16,701 nucleotides of DNA from the NCBI GenBank assembly GCA_045863395.1, contig BTVJ01000128.1:1-16701 (forward strand), read 5' to 3'. The notes beneath the pieces are model-generated. The model did no database searches. It was not told the origin of the DNA and saw only the letters and a list, made by a program, of their open reading frames with translations. A program made the position numbers and the translations under genes. Source of the DNA: Myxococcales bacterium. Its GTDB lineage: Bacteria > Myxococcota_A > UBA9042 > JABWCM01 > BTVJ01. Of this stretch, positions 1 through 11,199 are shown piece by piece. The stretch's first letter is position 1. Every line of letters starts with the position of its first letter.

Positions 1-59
1 CGTCCCCCCAAACCCTGACGGCGTGCACCGATCTCCGCGGTTCTCAGTGCGCGTTGACA
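1..59. mobile_element. Possible terminal end of a second IS (IS21-like) interrupting the IS1595 transposase
   Basis: Read on the minus strand from 59: TGTCAACGCGCACTGAGAA..., a TG-starting end like IS21-family terminal IRs as I recall them. Transposase-like protein sequence starts abruptly at codon 60 (QVIPD); the in-frame upstream peptide (SPQTLTACTDLRGSQCALT) does not look like IS1595 transposase. Confidence 0.4.
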
Positions 60-479
60 CAGGTCATCCCCGACGCCAAAGGAGAGACCCTCGACGTCTT
101 CATCAACGAGAATGTCGAGGAGGGCTCGCGCATCTGGACCGACGGCCACGTCGGCTACAAGAAGAGCGAAAAGCTATACCCCCGCACCATCAGCGTCGCT
201 CGCGTTACCGACGATCCCCTACCGACGCTGGGGCGAGTGACCACAAACCTGAAGCGCTGGTTAATCGGCACGCACAAAGGCGCTGTGCAGGGCCAGCACT
301 TGCAAGCCTACCTCAATGAGTTCGTCTTCCGCTTCAATCGCAGGGAAATGCCGTGGGTGGCCTTCAACCGCGCTCTTGGGCTGGCTGCCCTCGACCGCCC
401 CGCAGTGGAGTACAAGGGACTCTACAAGCACACTTGGCGCCATCCCAGTCTCAAGCCGAGTGTGCCTCGGACTGCTTGA
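60..479 (+). pseudogene. IS1595-family DDE transposase, C-terminal fragment (ISSod11-like by motif)
   Basis: VIPD..GETL..FI..NVEEGS.IWTDG..GY, LP....V..NLKRWLIGTHKGAV..QHLQAYLNEFVFRFNRR are hallmark DDE_Tnp_IS1595 motifs. The N-terminal Zn-ribbon/HTH part and first catalytic Asp are absent from the window. Confidence 0.9.
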
Positions 480-497
480 AATGAATCAGGAATGCCC
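470..497 (+). mobile_element. Candidate right end (IRR) of the IS1595-family element
   Basis: AATCAGG at 484-490 is the reverse complement of CCTGATT, a terminal motif of the IS1595 subgroup, and lies just after the transposase stop. The end could instead be at ~496-497 (...GGAATGCC). The left IR is not in the window. Confidence 0.4.
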
Positions 498-1069
498 GTA
501 GTATGCAACCGGAAAGGCAGGTTTCTGATACTGGGACTGAGTCTGACTTGAGTGTTGCGTTGGACCTCCGGCTATTGTGGCACGGAGAGGACTCGCGCGT
601 TCGGCTCTCAGCAGACCCGCGAACTTGCGCTGGTATCGTTGTTGCCGGCCCATATCCTCAACGAGCGCGAGCGGATAGTGGTCCCAGGTCCTTGATGGTG
701 TCCGGGGTAGGGGTGGGCCCGGGAGCATCACGGAGGTGGACCGTGCGGGGGCGGCTCGGATGATGGTACAGAGGGGCCGGAGGACGGGGCACCGGCGCTG
801 GGTCGGCCTGGTGAGAAGATGTGGCGGGGAGGTGTTAGAGCACCGTCCCCGCCGTGCCCCGGGTTGCTTTGGAGGTAAGCGTTCACCGGCTCTGCTACCG
901 GTGAGCAGTTACGACTATTTGAGAGCCACAGGCACACCCCACTGGGAAGCTTGGAGGGCAGACGCGCTCTGGAACCGCCGACCTTACGACGCAGAACTCG
1001 TTCACCTCGGGGGCGTGGCGTTCACCGCCTCCACATCCCCGCCCAACGGTGAACCTCCGACGAGTGCGA

Positions 1070-1510
1070 TCAGAGCGATCTATCGACCCTCGAACCGTCG
1101 CCACCTGCATCTGACCGAAGCTCGTCCCAGCAGATGGGATCGTTGACGCGATACTGCTCCTTCACGAATGCCTGGCACTCAGGCCTTACATCGACTTCAA
1201 TGTGGGTTGGGCATCCTTTACGTGTCTCCGGGCACTCCACCCACCCGCAAGGTGGGCAGTCTGCGAAGAGGGAGCAGCACAAGGTCATGTCGGGAGCACA
1301 GTATGTGATGCTGCCTCCAGCCCCCTCAGAGCAGTAGTGCAATGGAGGTGCCCAGCACCAGTCTCCTGGGTTCTTGCCGTCTCCCATTTCTCGCTCATCC
1401 GAGCAGACAGTCCCCGATGTCGTTTCCGACTCCCCAACCCCCGGCGAGTCCACTGCGCAGCCCAATACAAACTGACATGCTACCGTGATAGTCCAGGCTC
1501 TGATTGTCAT
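1070..1510 (-). CDS. Small Cys-rich putative lipoprotein
   Basis: AGGAG lies 8 nt before ATG 1510. MTIRAWTITVACQFVLG-C gives a lipobox-type signal, and the mature part has about a dozen Cys. It follows the S8 gene directly; the alternative start 1531 overlaps the S8 stop as ATGA. Confidence 0.7.
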   Translation of the reverse strand: MTIRAWTITVACQFVLGCAVDSPGVGESETTSGTVCSDEREMGDGKNPGDWCWAPPLHYCSEGAGGSITYCAPDMTLCCSLFADCPPCGWVECPETRKGCPTHIEVDVRPECQAFVKEQYRVNDPICWDELRSDAGGDGSRVDRSL

Positions 1511-1527
1511 TGCCATATCTCCTGGCG

Positions 1528-3659
1528 TCATTGCAGGCTGAAGTTTGCTGTGTGCCAGGCCAGTCCCATGTAGGTCCTCTTGCTCGGGTGGCTTGTCTGA
1601 AACCAGTCGTAGACACGCACAAGGATTGTGTAGGTTTCGTTCGCCTCTATTGGGATGTCGATGAACTCATAGTTGTTGATGGCTGTCCACGAGTATGTCT
1701 CGTGGCCAGAGTGGTCATAGATGTAGAGATCGATGTCTGCATCCAACATGGGTTCTCCGCACGTCGCCGGGTCGATTGGATTGGAGCAGTCCACTTCAGC
1801 TCCCCAACTCACGACTACTCGGACTCTCTTGCCTGCATACGGTGTGCGGACATAGAACGGGCCCACGGTTGACCCGGCGGGATTGGCACTTTCCGTCATC
1901 GTGCGATAGTGGTGTCCGGAAGGCAGTGGCGTATTGTGGGGATAAGCTAGCGCGCTCGGGTGGCCGACGATGAGCGCATTGCTCACGCTGAGCTCCCCAG
2001 CGCCATCTCGGTCATCGGAGCCGTCCATGAGCGAGAGAATGAACCCGTCCACTGTCTCTGTGGCGCTGGCCATCAGGATGCTCCTGAGTACTTCGGGCCA
2101 CCCTCGCAGGGTCGGATTCTGGTGCAGTAGCTGCGCGGCTGCGCCGGACACTTGCGGAGCAGCCATGCTCGTTCCGGTCGCCACATGGCCATCCGTGTCG
2201 ATGTATTGCGCGGGGGCGACTATCAGGGGAAGCTCCCTGCCACCAGGCGGATTCAGGTCCTTGGTTCCACACCAGATTGCGTCGTCGCCCCTAACGGCCG
2301 TGCCACAGTCGTTGGATCCTCCGACGATCATCGCGTTGTACATGCTGCACCCCACTCGCTGCCGAGGCGCGGCGCAGGTCGCTCCACAGGCAGCCGTTGC
2401 GCCTGCAATGTTGCCAGATGCCGCGCTGACAAAAGGGTATGGCCACCGCTTCGCATAGTAGTCGAAGAGCCGCGTGTCACCCTGGGCACACGTGTGACTC
2501 CAGTTCCAAATCGGGTGGTTCTGTTGCGAGCACCAATCATAGGCGCCGGGAGAACTGCATGGTCCGCCTGGCGATACTCCGTCGTCCCAACTCGCCACGG
2601 ATGTCCATGCGCTGGGCGCGATGCCCCCGTTCGGTGACGCCGTCGCGCGGATCACCCCAGTGACTTGGGTTGCATGTGAGCCCTGGAAGTACGATCCGCA
2701 GTAGGTGGTCCAGACAGAAAGGGTGTTAGGGAGAGATGGCTGCTTTGACTCTATGACGCATACCGACACTCCGCTACCGCTGAATCCCGAATTGACTGCG
2801 TTGATCGTTTCCGGGTACGATGACCACTGTGGAGCCGGATCAGGTGCGAGGTAGACGGCACCTACCGTCGGAATTCTGTTCACCATCTGAAGTTCCGCGG
2901 CAGTAAGCCAACCCCACGCGACGGGCGCGTCCTCAGCAAACCAAAGGGGGCTCCAGAGCTTATCAGCCGCATCCGCTTCGAGGGAATTTCGTGCGTCGTC
3001 GATTGTGTTCAGTCGTTCGTAGAGTGCTGTGAGTTGGAGGTCCATGTCCGCGAGGACTTCTTCTTTCGACGGTTCATCAAGTGGTTGCGATGCCATCCAG
3101 ATCATGACCGGAAACTGCTTCTGCGCGTCCACAAAATCTACGACAGCGCAAAGCTCCGGTTCGAGCCGGCCGCAGATTGCGGTTCGCGCAGACGCTTCTT
3201 TTTCTTGCAGCGTGGCTCCGCAGTCATTGAGAACGTGTCCCTGGCCGTCGAAGCAGATGGTCTCTGGGCTTGTTTCCCCAGGACGACGAAACTTGAATCG
3301 GTGAATGGTAGCGCCAATCAAATCAAGGGCCTTGGTGTCAGATACCACCCCCTCGGCTTTGGGAGCCTCACTCTCAAGCCAAGCGACGGCGTCGATAGTT
3401 TGCAACGGCACCCCCGTTTCCGTAGGGAGCGAGTCGGCCTGCGTTGGTCGTGGGGCGGCCAGCATAATCGTGGCCCAGAGAGTGAGCAGAACTGGCACTT
3501 GGCTGGCTGCAAGGCGGGTGACGAGGGTCGCCGTCCAGATGGCGAGCAGCAGAGGGGTCCTGGCGAGTTCCGTTCTCCTGGGGACGACTCTTGCGGCTTT
3601 ACTGTGGCCTGCACTCAGATGGTCCGATTGGGGGGGGGGGGGGGCACGCAAAGAAACAT
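1528..3659 (-). CDS. Secreted S8 (subtilisin-like) serine peptidase, Glu-His-Ser type, with prodomain and C-terminal PPC/jelly-roll-like domain; 5' end frameshifted at a C15 tract as assembled
   Basis: Motifs GSGVSVCVIES (E301 at the catalytic Asp position), SHATQVTGVI (H326), SAASGN (oxyanion N414) and GTSMAAPQVSGAAAQL (S495), numbered on the 707-aa ORF 1528..3651. C-terminal RVVVSW...DIDLYIYD...NNYEFI. Hydrophobic signal-like segment ending PTQA-DS. Confidence 0.9.
3630..3644 (+). repeat. G15 homopolymer (C15 on the coding strand) at the 5' end of the S8 gene
   Basis: 15 consecutive G counted at 3630-3644; no comparable run elsewhere in the window. Confidence 0.95.
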
Positions 3660-3665
3660 CATGAC

Positions 3666-3718
3666 ACCTCCAGGTTGCATCTGCGAGTGATGCTAGCTCC
3701 TGTGCACCGGTCCGTCAA
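3666..3718 (-). promoter_or_regulatory. Sigma70-like promoter and RBS for the S8 gene
   Basis: TTGACG (3718-3713), 17-nt spacer, TAGCAT (3695-3690). GGAGGT (3671-3666) is 6 nt before ATG 3659 and 3 nt before ATG 3662. Confidence 0.7.
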
Positions 3719-3793
3719 CGCGGTATTCGTATCTGGCTCTCATGTTGTGGATGCGGGCCCTGTGCGCGGCGAAGCTTGGGCGCGTAGCCGCCC

Positions 3794-4495
3794 TTACCCA
3801 CACCAGGGTGGTCGGGTCGTGCCCTGTACCAGCAATGGTAGCGTCACCTGGACCACGTCCACCTCCGGTGCCTGGTCGCCTCGCACGGCGATTGCCAGGG
3901 CGTGCTCCTCGGTGGGCCACCGGAGCGCCAGGGACCATGTGCCCTCGACCGTCGTCCGCGCCAACGGCCCCTCCGGGCCGGCGACAGCGAAGGAGGGGAG
4001 GGGGACGCCGAGGCCGCTCCCGTGGGCCTTGACCACCGCCTCCTTGAGGGTCCAGACCGCGGCAAACCGGCGCCACCGGGTGTCCGCCGCTCCAGCCTCC
4101 ACCCACGCCTGCTCGTCTGGGTGGAAGAAGCGGCGGGCAATGCCCGGGTGGCGCTCCGCCACGCGCTCCGCGTCTACCCCGACCACCTCCTGGCACACGG
4201 CCACCGCCACCAGGCCTGCGCAGTGAGTCAGGTTGACGCTGGGCGCGCCGTCCGGCCACGCCACCTCCGGGCGCCCCCCTGCTCCATACTTGAAGCGGAC
4301 GTCCCTGGGATTCACCCCTGTCTCCCCCGCCACGACGGTCCGCAGGAGCGCTCGCCCGACCACCAGCTCCCGCGCGGCGGAGGCAACGGCGAAGCGCTCG
4401 ACGCGGGCGCGCTCGTCACCATCGAGCACGTCCAGGAGCGGCGCGGGAGCCTCCGTTCGGCGGTCCCAACGCAGCCAGGTGACGCGGACCCGCAC
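3794..4495 (-). CDS. 4'-phosphopantetheinyl transferase, Sfp type
   Basis: GRALLR...YGAGGRP, NLTH, VGVDAE, RRFFHPDE, F..VWTLKEAVVKAHGSGL match the Sfp/ACPS family; 233 aa fits a monomeric Sfp-type enzyme. Confidence 0.93.
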   Translation of the reverse strand: MRVRVTWLRWDRRTEAPAPLLDVLDGDERARVERFAVASAARELVVGRALLRTVVAGETGVNPRDVRFKYGAGGRPEVAWPDGAPSVNLTHCAGLVAVAVCQEVVGVDAERVAERHPGIARRFFHPDEQAWVEAGAADTRWRRFAAVWTLKEAVVKAHGSGLGVPLPSFAVAGPEGPLARTTVEGTWSLALRWPTEEHALAIAVRGDQAPEVDVVQVTLPLLVQGTTRPPWCG

Positions 4496-4498
4496 GGA

Positions 4499-8554
<4,056 letters not shown>

Positions 8555-8696
8555 CATCCATCTCCTGTGAGTGCGGCCGCGGACGCGGGTCGCCGCGGCA
8601 GATCTCGCACTATACACGAAACGGATCGCTGCGCCGAACCGGGCCGCGGATCCAGGCGGTGGGACAAGGGGGAGTGCCGCGCAGCGTCCAGGAGGG

Positions 8697-9122
8697 TCAG
8701 GGCTCGGACGTCCCCTCGCGGCCGTACTGGTCCTCCAGGCGGACCACGTCGTCGAGCTCGGGCGTCGAGACCTCGAAGAGCTCGCAGGTTTCGGCGGCGA
8801 TGAAGCGGTGGATGGTGCCCGGGCGCACGCGGAACCCCTCGCCCGGGCCCAGGTTGCGCTGGACGGCCTCGCCCGCGGCGCCAATCTCCAAGGTGAGCAC
8901 GCCGCTCGTCACGAAGAGCGTCTCGTCCTTGACCCGGTGATATTGGCGGCTCAGGGCGTGTCCGGCCTCGATGTGCAGGATCTTGCCGACGTAGCGGTCC
9001 GTGTGGGCGACGATCAGCTCGTAGCCCCACGGTTTGGGGACGCGCACGGCCGTGCGGACGGCCACGTCCTCGGGGAGGCGCGGCGGCTCCTGGGGGTCGG
9101 GGGTCATGGTTCCTCTGTTCAT
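8697..9122 (-). CDS. Cupin-domain protein (mannose-6-phosphate isomerase-like cupin)
   Basis: VPKPWGYE, GKILHI.AGH.LS.QYH..KDET..V.SG, PGTIHRF.A, EVSTPELDDVVRLED.YGR. The start could be ATG 9107 (GAGGA upstream). Confidence 0.9.
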   Translation of the reverse strand: MNRGTMTPDPQEPPRLPEDVAVRTAVRVPKPWGYELIVAHTDRYVGKILHIEAGHALSRQYHRVKDETLFVTSGVLTLEIGAAGEAVQRNLGPGEGFRVRPGTIHRFIAAETCELFEVSTPELDDVVRLEDQYGREGTSEP

Positions 9123-9131
9123 GTTTTCGGG

Positions 9132-9893
9132 CTAGAGTGGGGAGACGAAGGTGGACAGGTTCTCCTTGTCCTCGAACACCTGCTGGTAGTCCGCGGCCTC
9201 GGCCATGGTGGCGAAGCGGCCCACCCGGACACGCCACCAGACGCCTTGGTCCGGCAGCGCGGACTGGACGAGCCACGCGTCATAGCCACCCTTGCGCAGG
9301 GTGTCCAGGAAGACCTGGGCCTCCAGCTCCTCGCGGAACGCCTTGACCTGGATGGTGTAGGCCAGCGCGTCGTTGTTGCCGCTGTCCAGCACGAAGAGCG
9401 GCATCTCCAGCGTGCCGTTGTCTTCGCTGCCTCCCTGACCGACCGCCGCGGGGTGCTCTGCCTCGACGGGAGCGAAGGCCTGGTTGACCGGGCGTGGGCC
9501 CATCTCGATGGGGTCGACGCGGCCTGGCGCCATCAGCGGCGGGATGGCCGCCATCTGCGCCGGTGGGGGCGTGGTCTCCACGGGTGGCGCGGGGGCCACC
9601 ACATCGCCGGAAGGGGGCAATGTCCGGTCGTGCGCCGCGACCGCTGCGGGCGAAGCCTGCTGGGGCCCGAGCTGCTCCGCGAGCCATGGCCACCACGTGA
9701 ACCCGGGATACCGCTGCTCCACGAGGACGCCGCCGGCGAAGGCGCCGCCGGTGACGAGTACGGCGATCACGAAGAAGGCCAGGATGTGGGGGGTGTCCAC
9801 CCGCACTACGCGCTTCGGGCGGATCTTCTCCATGTCGCGGAAGCCGCGCTTGAAGGATGGCTCGGGAACGGGCGGTGGCTTGGGCACAGGCAT
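9132..9893 (-). CDS. SPOR-domain membrane-anchored protein (peptidoglycan binding, FtsN/DedD-like architecture)
   Basis: One TM segment (ILAFFVIAVLVTGGAFAGGVLV), Pro/Ala linker, C-terminal YTIQVKAF...A..F...L...GYDA........GVWWRVRVGRF....EA. Start uncertain (9893 or 9956). Confidence 0.88.
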   Translation of the reverse strand: MPVPKPPPVPEPSFKRGFRDMEKIRPKRVVRVDTPHILAFFVIAVLVTGGAFAGGVLVEQRYPGFTWWPWLAEQLGPQQASPAAVAAHDRTLPPSGDVVAPAPPVETTPPPAQMAAIPPLMAPGRVDPIEMGPRPVNQAFAPVEAEHPAAVGQGGSEDNGTLEMPLFVLDSGNNDALAYTIQVKAFREELEAQVFLDTLRKGGYDAWLVQSALPDQGVWWRVRVGRFATMAEAADYQQVFEDKENLSTFVSPL

Positions 9894-9942
9894 CTCCCCG
9901 GTGGGGCCGGACGCGTGCGGGACTGGGTTGCCGCAGCGAAGA

Positions 9943-9972
9943 ACCGTAGAGCACATGCGGGCGGCCCGTCAA
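9943..9972 (-). promoter_or_regulatory. Possible sigma70-like promoter for SPOR-cupin
   Basis: TTGACG (9972-9967), 18-nt spacer, TACGGT (9948-9943). If real, it favours the 9893 start over 9956. Confidence 0.4.
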
Positions 9973-10000
9973 GAATCCGCGCGTGTGTGCCGCAAGCAGG

Positions 10001-11188
10001 CTACTCGCAGGTCTCGATGGGCAGGTTGCAGCTCAGGCCCGGCGGACAGTCGTCCGGCTTGCTGCAGGGATAGTGGCCCGAGACGGTCACGGTGGGGCTC
10101 CGCGGCGCGCCGGCGACGAAGTCGATGCACCCCTGGGGGATGCTCACGGAGTCCACGGTCCGGCGGGAGACCCGGGCGTTGGGGTAGCCGGAGATGCCAT
10201 AGCTGAGCAGCTCGGCGATGAGCGGCGCCGGGATCTGCGCGGCGCCCGTGTCCGGGAGGTCGCAGATCAGGCTGACCGGCGTGTTGCCGTGCTGATCCAG
10301 CGTGACGCGCACCTCCACGAGGGTGCGCGCCCCCTCGGGCGGCGGGTCCCACGTGAACGAGAGGGGCTCGCCGTCTTTGACCACCCAGGCCGGGTTCACG
10401 ATCTCGATGGGCGCGGACCCCACCGCGAACAGCTCCAGCTCGCCGGCCCACCCCGCGGTGCTGGTCAGGTGAAGGGCCACGCCGGGCAGGAAGGCCGGCT
10501 GCGGGAGCTGGGTGTCGAAGTAGCTGTTGGATGGGGGCTTCGGCTCCATGACGACCAGCTTCTCGAGCCCTTCGATGGTCACCGTCCCCACGTCTTGCTG
10601 GAGCGGGTAGGGGACGCACCCAAGGTTCTTGGCGCACGTGAAGCCGGGGTCGCAGAGCGGGTCACAGGAGGGGTACTCCGTGCGCAGGAGGGTGCAGCCT
10701 CCCTCGGTCTTCACCACCTCCTGGACGGTGTTCGGGTCGACCCCATTGGCGACCTTGCCGTCCACGATGGAGAACAGCTCCTGCACCTCCACCAGGAAGC
10801 CGCCGATGCGCTCCTCCTGGAGGCACGGGCCACGGAGCGGAACGGTCGCGGGGTCCAGGGGGCCTGCGTCGCCAGGGATCGTGTCTTCCGTAGCCGCGTC
10901 GGTGGTGCCGGAGTCGGCCGTCTCCCCCGTGTCCACCCACTCGGGGGCGTCGCCGAGAGAGGAGTCCGGCGCGTCGGAGAGGGCGTCCTCGGCGATGTCC
11001 GCGTTTTCCGAGGCCGTGTCGGCGGAGGCGTCGCCGGACGCGTCACCGGTCGCGTCCAGGGGCGGCGCCGCGTCCTCCGTACCCGGGCCCGTGTCGACCG
11101 CGGCCGCGTCGACCGCGTCGATCACTGCGTCCTCGCTGCCGGCGCACGCTGCGAGCGCCACCAGGGCCGTCATGTGCCAGAGCCTCAT
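10001..11188 (-). CDS. Hypothetical lipoprotein with acidic tether and Cys-containing beta-rich domain
   Basis: GGAGG before ATG 11188; MRLWHMTALVALAA-C lipobox; ~95-aa D/A/T-rich linker; terminal C....DCPPGLSC......C motif. It starts 11 nt after the upstream stop. The ORF-track start 11434 overlaps the upstream gene. Confidence 0.82.
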   Translation of the reverse strand: MRLWHMTALVALAACAGSEDAVIDAVDAAAVDTGPGTEDAAPPLDATGDASGDASADTASENADIAEDALSDAPDSSLGDAPEWVDTGETADSGTTDAATEDTIPGDAGPLDPATVPLRGPCLQEERIGGFLVEVQELFSIVDGKVANGVDPNTVQEVVKTEGGCTLLRTEYPSCDPLCDPGFTCAKNLGCVPYPLQQDVGTVTIEGLEKLVVMEPKPPSNSYFDTQLPQPAFLPGVALHLTSTAGWAGELELFAVGSAPIEIVNPAWVVKDGEPLSFTWDPPPEGARTLVEVRVTLDQHGNTPVSLICDLPDTGAAQIPAPLIAELLSYGISGYPNARVSRRTVDSVSIPQGCIDFVAGAPRSPTVTVSGHYPCSKPDDCPPGLSCNLPIETCE

Positions 11189-11199
11189 CCGTCCTCCCC

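Noticed and set aside
503..1146. ORFs 503-763 and 736-1146 as genes
   Set aside because: No recognisable motifs or clear RBS, Arg/Gly-rich composition, and overlap with the lipoprotein 3' end. A decayed gene cannot be excluded.
1528..3659. S8 protease as an anti-phage or toxin-antitoxin AAA-ATPase/S8 system
   Set aside because: No ATPase partner is adjacent, and the signal-like segment, prodomain and many Cys indicate an exported enzyme.
3677..3693. GCATC-N7-GATGC inverted repeat over the S8 -10 box as an operator
   Set aside because: Only 5-bp arms; expected by chance.
3794..4495. PPTase as marker of an NRPS/PKS cluster
   Set aside because: No carrier, condensation, adenylation or ketosynthase motifs anywhere in the window.
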